Virus record (IMG/VR): IMGVR_UViG_3300050821_002957 | Coordinates: 310,001-374,000 of that record | DNA length: 64,000 nt | Reading direction: 5' to 3' (one strand) | Part shown: piece after piece, positions 36,552 to 45,648 of the stretch | How the letters are laid out: each line of letters opens with the position of its first letter | How positions within the stretch are numbered: position 1 is the stretch's first letter | Notes under the pieces: generated by a model | Database searches by the model: none | Told to the model about the DNA's origin: nothing | The model's input: only the letters and a program-made list of their open reading frames with translations | Translations under genes and position numbers: made by a program

Positions 36552-37514
36552 ATGGAAAACGTACTTGAACAGAACATCTTCGAGGCAGAAACGTTTGAAT
36601 TTAAGCCTCTAAAGCGTACCGACATCCATCGTCCTTCGGCGATCAATCCTAGCGAATATCAATTTGTCGCTTACGAATTTCTTCCTGGTGGAGCATGGCA
36701 GTATCTTGCCGTTCAGCGAGAGATCATTCGTAACCATATGGCCCGGACGGGCGGCAACTATAGCGGACATGATCACGGCGGTAACTGCATGGTCTGCGGT
36801 AATGTTCTTGCCATCTACACCGTTCTTTTCTATCACGAAAAATCCAACACCTACGTTCGCATGGGTGATATTTGCGCTCGGAAGGTTGAAATGGCCTTCG
36901 ACAATTCGGCGTTCAACCGCTTTAAGGACACCGTGAATGGCTGGCGCAGAGCCGTGGCTGGAAAGAACAAAGCAATGAACACGCTCATGGAGAAGGGCTA
37001 TGGTGATGCCTGGGATCTCTTTGAGACTCGTGAGAAAAATTGGAAGGATTACAAATACGAAGAGAACACCATCTGCGATATCGTCGGCAAGCTGGTCAGA
37101 TACGGGAACATTTCAGACAAGCAGATGAACTTCATCGGTCGTCTTTTAACTCAGATCGATGGTCGTGTCGTCATCGCCAAGAAACGTGCCGAAGAAAAGG
37201 CGTTGGCGGCTCCGGTTCCGACTGGCCGTTTCGTCATCGAAGGAAAGATCGTCTCTCGCCAGTACAAGAGCGACATCATGTACCCGGCTTTCAAGATTAC
37301 CGTGAAGCATGTTTCTGGCTGGTGTGTCTATGGCACGCTCCCGGCATCGCTCGAAGATGCTAAGGTTGGCGATTTTGTTACGTTCTCTGCCACCGTAGAA
37401 GTTTCTGACGGTGATCAAAAATTCGGTTTCTTCAGCCGTCCAGCGTGCGGTAAGATCCTCCCTGGACCCAGCGTAGATGACATTCTGACCGTGGCGTCGC
37501 AAGAGGTAGCGTAA
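36552..37514 (+). CDS. Hypothetical protein (CxxC zinc ribbon, C-terminal OB-like region)
   Basis: CMVCG...GDICA; IEGKIVS...VYGTLP...GDFVTFSATV...FGFFSRP. Confidence 0.7.
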   Translation: MENVLEQNIFEAETFEFKPLKRTDIHRPSAINPSEYQFVAYEFLPGGAWQYLAVQREIIRNHMARTGGNYSGHDHGGNCMVCGNVLAIYTVLFYHEKSNTYVRMGDICARKVEMAFDNSAFNRFKDTVNGWRRAVAGKNKAMNTLMEKGYGDAWDLFETREKNWKDYKYEENTICDIVGKLVRYGNISDKQMNFIGRLLTQIDGRVVIAKKRAEEKALAAPVPTGRFVIEGKIVSRQYKSDIMYPAFKITVKHVSGWCVYGTLPASLEDAKVGDFVTFSATVEVSDGDQKFGFFSRPACGKILPGPSVDDILTVASQEVA

Positions 37515-37531
37515 TACCTCTTGCGTTTTTT
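37499..37531 (+). terminator. Rho-independent terminator overlapping the next promoter
   Basis: GCAAGAGGTA-GCGTAA-TACCTCTTGC-GTTTTTT; TTGCGT-N18-TACAGT promoter overlaps it. Confidence 0.8.
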
Positions 37532-37557
37532 GAGAACACCATGATACAGTAGACATC

Positions 37558-38553
37558 ATGACGCTTCCGACATCGAAAACAGAATTTGCAGTCGTCTATT
37601 TCCCTTTTCAATGTAGTAACCTTCTTGCTTGTCACTCAAGCATCTTAAAGGACGCAGCACAAACTCACAACAGAATTGTCATTGCACTTCCTGTTCGCCG
37701 GATCTCACCATCAAAAGATTCTCCGTTGGATTTTGTGACTCGCCAACAGATGATCCAACAACAATTTCAGAATGCTATTATTGTCCCGGTGGTAGATACC
37801 AAATATCCCCAGAACAAAGTTAAGGCGCTTGAAACTGCGGTCGCTGCTCCATTTTCAGAAATGCGTGGGAAGTGCGATTTGTACACCGATGTCAATTTTG
37901 CAAACCTGTATCGGGCGCATGGTGGGAAATGGCAATGTGCGGATCTGGCTCAGGATGTTTTCGTACAGGAAGCGGCGAATCGAAAACGAGTTCAATTCAA
38001 TATCGGAATGGCACAGGATTTCAAATTGGCCGATGTTCAGCACGCCTACCGGATCGGCCTCATTAAAGGTCTGAACGACCAATTTCCAATCTCATGGACC
38101 ACCGTCGATATTTGCATCAAGCGAGTGATCAACGGTAAAACTTTTATTCTACTCGGTAAGAAACCAGGAGAGAATGGTTGGCGCTTTCCTGGTGGATTTA
38201 AAGATCGTGGCGACATGAGCTTCGAGATTGCTGTTATTCGTGAAGCCAGTGAAGAAATTCTTAAACCCGGCGTCAATCCAGTCAATACATTGATGTTCCC
38301 GGAATACATAGGCAGCAAGAACGTTGATGACTGGCGCTACAAAGGTGAGATCGACGGCATCAACACGCTGTTCTATCAGGTCACGTTTATTGGCGAAGAC
38401 GACGACATCAAAGCTGGGGACGATCTTGCAGAAGCCGAGTGGTTTGAGTTGACCAGAATTGATCCTCCTATTCTCGAAGGCGAACATTTGAATCTGTACA
38501 ACATGCTTCTAGTGCATGAAGGAATGACACATGAAAAATCCACTGGCAAATAA
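37558..38553 (+). CDS. NadM-Nudix-like protein (degenerate NMN adenylyltransferase fold plus ADP-ribose pyrophosphatase-type Nudix)
   Basis: FQ...H, SPLDFVTRQQMI; TVDI, WRFPGGF, REASEE, AGDDLAEAEWF. Confidence 0.8.
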   Translation: MTLPTSKTEFAVVYFPFQCSNLLACHSSILKDAAQTHNRIVIALPVRRISPSKDSPLDFVTRQQMIQQQFQNAIIVPVVDTKYPQNKVKALETAVAAPFSEMRGKCDLYTDVNFANLYRAHGGKWQCADLAQDVFVQEAANRKRVQFNIGMAQDFKLADVQHAYRIGLIKGLNDQFPISWTTVDICIKRVINGKTFILLGKKPGENGWRFPGGFKDRGDMSFEIAVIREASEEILKPGVNPVNTLMFPEYIGSKNVDDWRYKGEIDGINTLFYQVTFIGEDDDIKAGDDLAEAEWFELTRIDPPILEGEHLNLYNMLLVHEGMTHEKSTGK

Positions 38554-38923
38554 AGCCGACTGGACCCTTGTCGGTCACTTCGGAGTTGACGCTGGTCTCT
38601 GTTGGATTGGAGATCCATGTTACGTCCTTCATACTTCCGAAATGAAAGACGGAAAAGACGTACCAACACCATTACCAGAGACACTCGGAAAAGACTGGAG
38701 TGCATTCTGCAATCTACTCGATGGTTCTTATCCGACGTTGAAGAGCTTCAACTACGAGGCAGGCCATGAAGGTCTTGGGGTCTGTGTATCGACCGGCTTT
38801 GGTGACGGCACCTATCCAGTGTACGCTCTCATTCAAGAAGAGGGCACCTGGGGCAAACGAGTAGCAGCGATCTTTATTGATTTTTTTGGATTGCTGGAAG
38901 ATGGCGCTGAAGACGAAGATTGA
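38531..38923 (+). CDS. DUF4241-like protein
   Basis: GVDAG...DPCY...STGFGDGTYPVY. Confidence 0.6.
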   Translation: MKNPLANKADWTLVGHFGVDAGLCWIGDPCYVLHTSEMKDGKDVPTPLPETLGKDWSAFCNLLDGSYPTLKSFNYEAGHEGLGVCVSTGFGDGTYPVYALIQEEGTWGKRVAAIFIDFFGLLEDGAEDED

Positions 38924-38924
38924 C

Positions 38925-38954
38925 TTGACAATAGACACATCTTCCTGATAGGAT
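38925..38954 (+). promoter_or_regulatory. Sigma70-type promoter of the NAD genes with TAGACACATCTT box
   Basis: TTGACA-N18-TAGGAT, ATG 8 nt downstream. Confidence 0.7.
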
Positions 38955-38962
38955 CTAACTAA

Positions 38963-40186
38963 ATGAATCTACAAAATCCCAAATTGGTTGACAAAATCCA
39001 CAAGACACCAACGAAAGTAGTTCTTTTCGTAACAGGTGGTGGTCTGGAAATTTTCCAAACCTTGACTCATCGTGGCGGCGGCTCGGCTACGCTCCTGTCC
39101 GGGCTGATTCCGTATGACACTCAAGAGACCATCGAATTGCTTGGTGGAGTCCCAGAAAAACTGGTCAGTGAGAAAACTACACGAGAGATGGCAATGGTGG
39201 CCTTCCAGCGTGCTCTGAAGCTCTCAAAAGGCGAATACCCAGTCATAGGCGTGGCGGCGTCGGCAGTGCTTCAGAAGACGCCGTATGAGCGTGAAGGTCG
39301 AAAGCATTTTGTCTATGCTGCACTCCAGACCGACACTAAGACGGTTTCCTGTGTTCTGGACCTACATGATGGTATTGCAGAACCAAAAGACACCGGACCA
39401 ATTCCACCGGATCATGGTGTAGGATTGCGAATCATGGAAGAAATGATCACAGCCAATTTGATTCTGAATTTGATTGCCGAAGGTTGTGGACTGGAAGAAC
39501 GAATTACTCTTGGTTATGGTGTCGAAGACGATCTGACCCGGCGTGAATCGACCTTGACCGGAATTTCGATCAACAAAATCATGAGTGGTCATCCAGTTTC
39601 GTTCGACTTGGGCAAAGACACCAAAAAAATTGAAACCGCCACATTCAGTTCGACTAGTTACCGAAACATTTTCCCAGGTCGATTCAATCCGATCCATGCT
39701 GATCATTGGGAGATGTGCGCTCTCGCCTGCGAACAATTTGGTTTCGTCGAATTTGAAATCTCCATTGGCAATGTCGAAAAACCCACATTGGATTTGATTT
39801 CTCTCGAAGAGACGCTGAAGCAATTCTGCCAAGAAAGAACGCCACCATTGCCAGTTTACTTCAGAGTGTGGGTGACCAATGCTCCCACTTTTGTCCAGAA
39901 AGCCGACATGTTTCCGGGCGCAACGTTCATTGTTGGCTATGACACAGCAAAACGTATTTGCGACCCAAAGTATGCCGGAAACATCGAAGAAGTAATGGAA
40001 GTGTTCAAAAAAAATGACGTTGATTTCCTGGTGTTCGGACGTGAACTGAATGGAGTCTATAAAGCTGATGTTAGTGAATTTCCGACTTCGTTTCGACAGA
40101 TTGTTGTTACGAATACTGAGCCACGTCAGTACTCAAATATCTCTTCTTCAGAGATCCGTCGCCGCACGTCAGAAGGGCATGAATGA
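38963..40186 (+). CDS. CinA/PncC-like domain fused to a NadD-type (NMN/NaMN) adenylyltransferase domain
   Basis: N: VTGGG...GGSATLL...PY...VSEKTTREMA; C: FPGRFNPIHADH, F.VGYDTA.R, ISSSEIR. Confidence 0.78.
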   Translation: MNLQNPKLVDKIHKTPTKVVLFVTGGGLEIFQTLTHRGGGSATLLSGLIPYDTQETIELLGGVPEKLVSEKTTREMAMVAFQRALKLSKGEYPVIGVAASAVLQKTPYEREGRKHFVYAALQTDTKTVSCVLDLHDGIAEPKDTGPIPPDHGVGLRIMEEMITANLILNLIAEGCGLEERITLGYGVEDDLTRRESTLTGISINKIMSGHPVSFDLGKDTKKIETATFSSTSYRNIFPGRFNPIHADHWEMCALACEQFGFVEFEISIGNVEKPTLDLISLEETLKQFCQERTPPLPVYFRVWVTNAPTFVQKADMFPGATFIVGYDTAKRICDPKYAGNIEEVMEVFKKNDVDFLVFGRELNGVYKADVSEFPTSFRQIVVTNTEPRQYSNISSSEIRRRTSEGHE

Positions 40187-40352
40187 GCTAAAGGCTTTGA
40201 TGTACGTCTACCGAAAGGAATGGAAAGCCTGTCGGTTAAAAGTTAAGGCAACAAATCGGCAAATGGTTTTGCTGAAGCATAAGTTGAGAAAAGAAATGTT
40301 CAGACAGAAAAGAATTCAGAATAGAATGGAGAGAAGACAAAATGCCAGCTAA
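40179..40352 (+). CDS. Small basic protein
   Basis: Overlaps both neighbours. Confidence 0.5.
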   Translation: MNELKALMYVYRKEWKACRLKVKATNRQMVLLKHKLRKEMFRQKRIQNRMERRQNAS

Positions 40353-41877
40353 CACAGCATGGAGAATGCAAAACGGACTTGATGGCTTCAAGTATCCTCG
40401 TGGTTCGAGTGAGCGCATGATGCCGAAGCGCACGGACGGCTACAAACCTTCGCACTGGATGTTCGAGGAAGACGGCGTGACCGAGTGTTATGACTACCTC
40501 ACCAGCCGTGGCGGTATGTTTCAAGACCTGACGATGTTTGGAGCACAGTCCATCGTCATGAAGTACTTCTTGGGATGTGTCGTAACCCCGGAACAAGTTC
40601 GACGTGCTCGCAAATTTTATAAGAGTTATTACGGCATGGACGGCGTGTTCAACTACGAAGCGTGGATGGACATTGCGACTCGTCTCGAAGGTCGCTTGCC
40701 TCTAGAATTCTGGGCGCTGCCTGAAGGCATGAGCGGCATTCCAGTTCAGACGCCGATGATGGCCTACGTCAACACCGATCCGAAGCACGCCCATCTGTCT
40801 GGCTACGTCGAGCCGCTGACGTTCAAGGTGTGGAATACAATCACCGTGGCGTCGTTGTCACAGCACATCAAGAAAATCATCTATCAGTTCCTCGTCGAGA
40901 CCGGCACGCCCGAAGACATCATTTGGAAGCTGCATGACTTCGGTTACCGTGGTGTTTCGAGCGAAGAGTCCGCTGAATTTGCTGGGGCCGCACACCTTCT
41001 GAATTTCTGGGGCAGCGACACCATTCCGGCTATCGATCACATCAACGAATTTTACTCGGATGGTGTGTTCGACGAAGATGGTGACCCTACCTACATGCCT
41101 GCCTTCAGCGTCCGTGCCACAGAGCACAGCATCATGACGCAGAATGGCCGCAATGGTGAGTCGGCCATCGTTAAGCGTATCCTTCAAAAGTGCCCGAATG
41201 GGATCATCGCAATGGTCGGCGATAGCTACAACATCTTCGACTTCTCCAGCAAGATCATCGGAACTGAATTCCACACCGAAGTGATCGAGCGTGAAGGTAT
41301 TGTTGTGATTCGCCCGGACAGCGGTGAACCGATTCCGACGATGATGAAAGTGATGTGGGAACTCGGCGAAAAATTCGGCAAGACGGTCAATGACAAGGGC
41401 TACTACAATCTCGGCACAGGCAAGGGTCTGGGCAAGATCAAGGTGCTTCAGGGCGACAAGAACGACTACGATGCTGTCTATAACATGCTCCGTGCCTTCA
41501 AGGGCGCTCAGTGGTCGGCGGATAACATTGCAGCCTTCGGCATGGGTGGCGCACTGTTGCAGGCCAGCACTCGTGATACTCAGAAGATGGCCGTCAAGCT
41601 CTCTTCGCAGACTCGTAATGGCGTCTGGGAAGATATCTTCAAAGATCCGATCACCGATCCTGGCAAGGGTTCCAAGTATGGTCGCTTCGCTGTGACATAC
41701 GAAGAGAATGCTGGTGTACGTCGTATGGTGACCAGTCGTCTGACTCAGAATGGTTCGATTCCGAATGGCAATCTGATGCGGATGATTTCTCGCAACGGTT
41801 ACCTCGCCGTCCATGACAAATTTGAAACGGCTCGTGCTCGTGCGGATGAGTGGATGCCGAAATCCAAAGCAGCTTAA
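40342..41877 (+). CDS. nadV: Nicotinamide phosphoribosyltransferase (NAMPT/NadV family)
   Basis: TDGYKPSH, LHDFGYRGVSS, AAHLLNF.GSDT, ATEHS, VIRPDSG, LQGD, FGMGGALLQ, KDPITDPGK.SK.GR. Confidence 0.93.
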   Translation: MPANTAWRMQNGLDGFKYPRGSSERMMPKRTDGYKPSHWMFEEDGVTECYDYLTSRGGMFQDLTMFGAQSIVMKYFLGCVVTPEQVRRARKFYKSYYGMDGVFNYEAWMDIATRLEGRLPLEFWALPEGMSGIPVQTPMMAYVNTDPKHAHLSGYVEPLTFKVWNTITVASLSQHIKKIIYQFLVETGTPEDIIWKLHDFGYRGVSSEESAEFAGAAHLLNFWGSDTIPAIDHINEFYSDGVFDEDGDPTYMPAFSVRATEHSIMTQNGRNGESAIVKRILQKCPNGIIAMVGDSYNIFDFSSKIIGTEFHTEVIEREGIVVIRPDSGEPIPTMMKVMWELGEKFGKTVNDKGYYNLGTGKGLGKIKVLQGDKNDYDAVYNMLRAFKGAQWSADNIAAFGMGGALLQASTRDTQKMAVKLSSQTRNGVWEDIFKDPITDPGKGSKYGRFAVTYEENAGVRRMVTSRLTQNGSIPNGNLMRMISRNGYLAVHDKFETARARADEWMPKSKAA

Positions 41878-41886
41878 GGAAAACCA

Positions 41887-43086
41887 ATGAGCCATTTTAC
41901 TGTAATGGTTGCGGGAGAAGATGTCGATGTCCTTCTCGCACCCTACCATGAATTTGAATGTACTGGGGAAGATAATCAGTACGTCCAAGACATCGACCAG
42001 ACCGAAGAAGCTCGACAAGAATACGCCGACCACAAAGAAACGGTTGTTCGTCATCTGGCTTCTGGTAAGTTGGTCAAGAAGTTTACGAAAGAAGGCGAAT
42101 ACAAAAAGATGTTCGTCCGTGAACCTACACCAGAAGAATTGGCTCAAATTGGACGCTTTGGTGGCAGCGGCTCCTTGAGCAATGGCCTCAGTTATTATTC
42201 AAAAGATTGGGGTGATGGGTTAGGTTATCGTGCAAAGATCATCATCGTTCCCGAAGGCTACGAAGAAGTCGAAGTGCCTTGTTCTGAAGTGATGACGTTC
42301 GCCGAATTTATCGAGTATTGGTACGGGCGCAAGACGGTGCCTGAAGGCCGGGAACCAAATTTGAAGCGGCAACACAAGTACGGCTATGCGGTCGTAAATG
42401 AAGATGGTGAGGTCATTAAAGTCATTGACCGCACCAATCCCAACAAGAAGTGGGACGGCTATCAAATCGGTGGACGCTGGAACGGTTTCTTCAAGCTGAA
42501 GGAAAACAAAATTGGCATCATCGGTGAACCCGGCTTGCAGTCAATCAGCGAAAACTATAAACCACCTGCTTCAAATCGAGCCGACATCGCACGTAAAGGT
42601 GACATTGATTTCGACGGAATGAAATTTGAATCAGCGACACGAGCAGCACAGAAGTACGATCTGTTTACGTCGATCACCAAAGCTCTTCCGTTGGCGCTTA
42701 CATGGCCCTTGATGTTGGAAAAACACAAGACCGGCGTCGATGCCAAGGGTGAACCTACATACAACTACAGTGTGGCCCGAGACGAATACGGTGCCCAACC
42801 GATGGTTCAGGCGCTTCGTAATCACAAAGACGACGATGTTCGCTGGTGGGATTTGGAAGATTTCATGATGACTCGTCAAGAGTACATCGACCTCAGCGCA
42901 AAACAATCTATCATGACTTACGCCCTTGTCATCGGTGACCAGTGGATTGCTCGTGGACGCATGGGTTGGTTCGGCGTCTCCCTCGACGAGAAAGACGAAT
43001 ACAAAGTTTGGGTAGATCGCTTTCACGAAGCTCTAAACGCATTGCCCGACGATACGCTGTTGACAATTGTGGATTGTCACATATGA
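41887..43086 (+). CDS. Conserved phage hypothetical protein (paralog 1)
   Basis: MSHFTVMV...LAPY...NPNKKWDGYQIGGRW...G.MGWFG...VDCHI. Confidence 0.8.
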   Translation: MSHFTVMVAGEDVDVLLAPYHEFECTGEDNQYVQDIDQTEEARQEYADHKETVVRHLASGKLVKKFTKEGEYKKMFVREPTPEELAQIGRFGGSGSLSNGLSYYSKDWGDGLGYRAKIIIVPEGYEEVEVPCSEVMTFAEFIEYWYGRKTVPEGREPNLKRQHKYGYAVVNEDGEVIKVIDRTNPNKKWDGYQIGGRWNGFFKLKENKIGIIGEPGLQSISENYKPPASNRADIARKGDIDFDGMKFESATRAAQKYDLFTSITKALPLALTWPLMLEKHKTGVDAKGEPTYNYSVARDEYGAQPMVQALRNHKDDDVRWWDLEDFMMTRQEYIDLSAKQSIMTYALVIGDQWIARGRMGWFGVSLDEKDEYKVWVDRFHEALNALPDDTLLTIVDCHI

Positions 43087-43268
43087 GTACAGAAGAAAAC
43101 TCATCGTTGTTGGATTCTGTTGTCAACGAAACGGAGCATCCGACGTACAAACACTCAGAGCCTCCACAGACGACCAACTTATGTCGATGGGAACCATGTA
43201 CATTCATTTTGTTTGGTCTGAACGGTGAAACTCACGAAGAATACCATAAGCGGAAAGGATGTGCCTGA
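43083..43268 (+). CDS. Hypothetical protein
   Basis: Coupled ORF. Confidence 0.5.
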   Translation: MSTEENSSLLDSVVNETEHPTYKHSEPPQTTNLCRWEPCTFILFGLNGETHEEYHKRKGCA

Positions 43269-43564
43269 TGACTCGCAGCAAGTACGTACACAGTGCCGAT
43301 GAATTGCCTCCCGGCGAACATTGGGCTATTATCGAAGGATCATCGTTCACGATCCCTGGTGACGAACGCTCCCGAACGCATCCCGGCCACGGTTATCCCG
43401 AGAGCACGGAACGGTACATCACTTATGAAGCCTTTACCGACAAAACGGAATTTGAGACAGAATTGAAGGCTCGTCTCCGTAGCAAAGGTCAATACAGAAC
43501 AGTCCGGGGAATTCACGTTCAAGTCTACGAAGCAACAACCGAAATTCATCTCAAGGAAAAGTGA
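43259..43564 (+). CDS. Hypothetical protein
   Basis: IPGDERSRTHPGHGYP motif; coupled. Confidence 0.6.
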   Translation: MCLMTRSKYVHSADELPPGEHWAIIEGSSFTIPGDERSRTHPGHGYPESTERYITYEAFTDKTEFETELKARLRSKGQYRTVRGIHVQVYEATTEIHLKEK

Positions 43565-43791
43565 TGCCATTACGACTTCTAATCATCGATGCCAAATGTT
43601 CGGACATGTGCAGCTACGCATTGTCTGTCAACGGTAACGTATTGAAAAATGGAGAGGGTTATGTGCCTTCTCTGATGCCCAACAAAGGCGGCGATTATGT
43701 CAATCTTGCTATTGACATTGACAGTGGGAAGATTTTAAACTGGAAGGTGCCAACAGAGGCAGAACTAGAAAAATTCATCGACGAGATCTAA
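43561..43791 (+). CDS. Hypothetical protein
   Basis: GYVP..MP...GDY..L.IDIDSGKILNWK. Confidence 0.6.
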   Translation: MMPLRLLIIDAKCSDMCSYALSVNGNVLKNGEGYVPSLMPNKGGDYVNLAIDIDSGKILNWKVPTEAELEKFIDEI

Positions 43792-43792
43792 C

Positions 43793-44794
43793 ATGCCTAA
43801 CGGACTACAGATTTTTGGTGGGCGTGCAAACCCCAAATTGACGAATGACATCTGCATTGCGATGGAGCACAAGAACGGTCAGCGAGAGATCAAACAATTT
43901 GCAGATGGAGAAATCTGGATGCAATACACGGACAACATTCGTGGTTCTGATGTCTTCATTGTCCAGCCGACCTGTGCTCCGGTGAACGACAATTTGATGG
44001 AATTGATGCTGATGATCAATGCTGCAAAGTTGGCATCAGCGAAGCGAGTCCAGGTGGTGCTGCCATACTTCGGTTATGCCCGTCAGGATCGCAAGGATCG
44101 CCCCAGAACGCCACTGTCGGCCAAAGTGGTGGCATCCATGCTTGGTTCGCAACGCATCAAGCGTGTACTAACGATGGATTTGCATAGCGCACCAATCCAA
44201 GGATTCTTTGACATTCCTGTTGATCACTTGTATGCTCTACCAGTCTTCATCGACTACATCAAACAAAATTTTGAACTGAGTAATTTGACCATCGTCTCAC
44301 CGGATGCTGGTGGTACGACGAGAGCACGGATGTTGGCAATGAAGCTCGGCCTGCCGCTGGCGATCTTGGATAAGTTTCGTGAAGCTGCCAATGTTGCCGA
44401 AGTTATGAACATCATTGGCGATGTCAAAGGTCGAAATTGTCTCATGATTGATGACATGATCGACACGGCAGGCACGTTGGTCAAGGGTGCAAAAGCTCTA
44501 ATGAATATGGGTGGCGCTCGCAGTGTCGATGCAATAGCAACTCATGGTATCCTTTCCTACGACAAAAAAGAAGACATCTCTGCCCTCGACAAAATTGAAA
44601 ATTCGGTCATCCGAACTGTCACGGTGACGGACACAATTCCACAAGAAGAAAACCTGGGTCGCATCTTACGCAACAATCAGGGTGACGCAATTAGAACCAC
44701 GAAGAAGCTGAAGGTTCTCTCAGTTGCTCCGTTGTTCGCCAAGGCAATCCAAGCTGTCCATAATAACGATTCGGTGAGTGGCCTTTTCGTATGA
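43793..44794 (+). CDS. prs: Ribose-phosphate pyrophosphokinase (PRPP synthetase)
   Basis: FADGE, PYFGYARQDRK, MDLH, VSPDAGG, DDMIDTAGTL. Confidence 0.95.
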   Translation: MPNGLQIFGGRANPKLTNDICIAMEHKNGQREIKQFADGEIWMQYTDNIRGSDVFIVQPTCAPVNDNLMELMLMINAAKLASAKRVQVVLPYFGYARQDRKDRPRTPLSAKVVASMLGSQRIKRVLTMDLHSAPIQGFFDIPVDHLYALPVFIDYIKQNFELSNLTIVSPDAGGTTRARMLAMKLGLPLAILDKFREAANVAEVMNIIGDVKGRNCLMIDDMIDTAGTLVKGAKALMNMGGARSVDAIATHGILSYDKKEDISALDKIENSVIRTVTVTDTIPQEENLGRILRNNQGDAIRTTKKLKVLSVAPLFAKAIQAVHNNDSVSGLFV

Positions 44795-44919
44795 TGATTC
44801 ATGTTCCTGATGAATTGCTTCGAGAGTTGGGATTGGACCCAGAATGTTGGGATGAATGCCAGGAAGAAGTAGTTTCAATTTTAGAAGATGTAGCCGAAGA
44901 AGAATCTGAAGACTTTTAA
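44791..44919 (+). CDS. Small highly acidic protein (42 aa)
   Basis: ATGA-coupled to prs; MMIHVPDELLRELGLDPECWDECQEE... Confidence 0.5.
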   Translation: MMIHVPDELLRELGLDPECWDECQEEVVSILEDVAEEESEDF

Positions 44920-44922
44920 TTT

Positions 44923-45627
44923 ATGAGCCATTTTACCGTACTCGTTATTACTCCCAACGGTACGGAGCAGGAAGCCGAAGCTCTGCTTGCTCCATACTGT
45001 GAACACACCGAAGTAGAACCTTACCAGACTCAGTGTTGGTGTGTCGGCATCAATGCTAGGAAATCAGTTCGAGAAGCTGTCACCCTCGAAATGCCCATTG
45101 AAAAGGCCAGAGATGAATTCTTGGCCCGAGAAGATGTCTGCAATCTGATCGAAGAATCCAAAAAGGCCGGAAATTATGGATTTTCTGAAGAAGTAGATAG
45201 GTTATGGGACGAGCGATTTGACAAACCTTTTGAACTTCGAGAAAAGGAATTGCTTGCTGCTCGGCCTGATCGTGATGCAGCAGATCCGACTTGCGATGAA
45301 TGCAAAGGCACCGGCATCGAGACGACAACGTACAATCCTCGGTCAAAATGGGATTGGTACGAACTTGGTGGTCGTTGGTGGGACCTGCTTGCGGTTTTTC
45401 AAGGTGAACCTGTTTCCAAATTTCTAGAAGCCAAAGGTGAAGACGATCAACCGTTCCGCACCTTTGCGATCATTACTCCTGACGGACAGTGGCTCGAAGC
45501 TGGTAAATTGCTTTGTTTCGCTGTTGTCGCCGAAGAAAAAGATCCTAGAGAATGGGAAGCCTGCTATAACGAAACACTAGACAAATATCGAGACCATAGG
45601 GCATTGTTTTACGATTGCCATATTTGA
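44923..45627 (+). CDS. Conserved phage hypothetical protein (paralog 2)
   Basis: MSHFTVLV...LAPY...YNPRSKWDWYELGGRW...YDCHI. Confidence 0.8.
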   Translation: MSHFTVLVITPNGTEQEAEALLAPYCEHTEVEPYQTQCWCVGINARKSVREAVTLEMPIEKARDEFLAREDVCNLIEESKKAGNYGFSEEVDRLWDERFDKPFELREKELLAARPDRDAADPTCDECKGTGIETTTYNPRSKWDWYELGGRWWDLLAVFQGEPVSKFLEAKGEDDQPFRTFAIITPDGQWLEAGKLLCFAVVAEEKDPREWEACYNETLDKYRDHRALFYDCHI

Positions 45628-45648
45628 ACACTGTGCTATGATACTCGT

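Noticed and set aside
40858-42147. 429-aa antisense ORF over NAMPT
   Set aside because: Shadow frame from strong codon bias; no motifs or promoter
43793-44794. Firm call of prs as NARP1 Adps
   Set aside because: Sequence looks like a canonical full-length bacterial PRPP synthetase; substrate cannot be decided by eye
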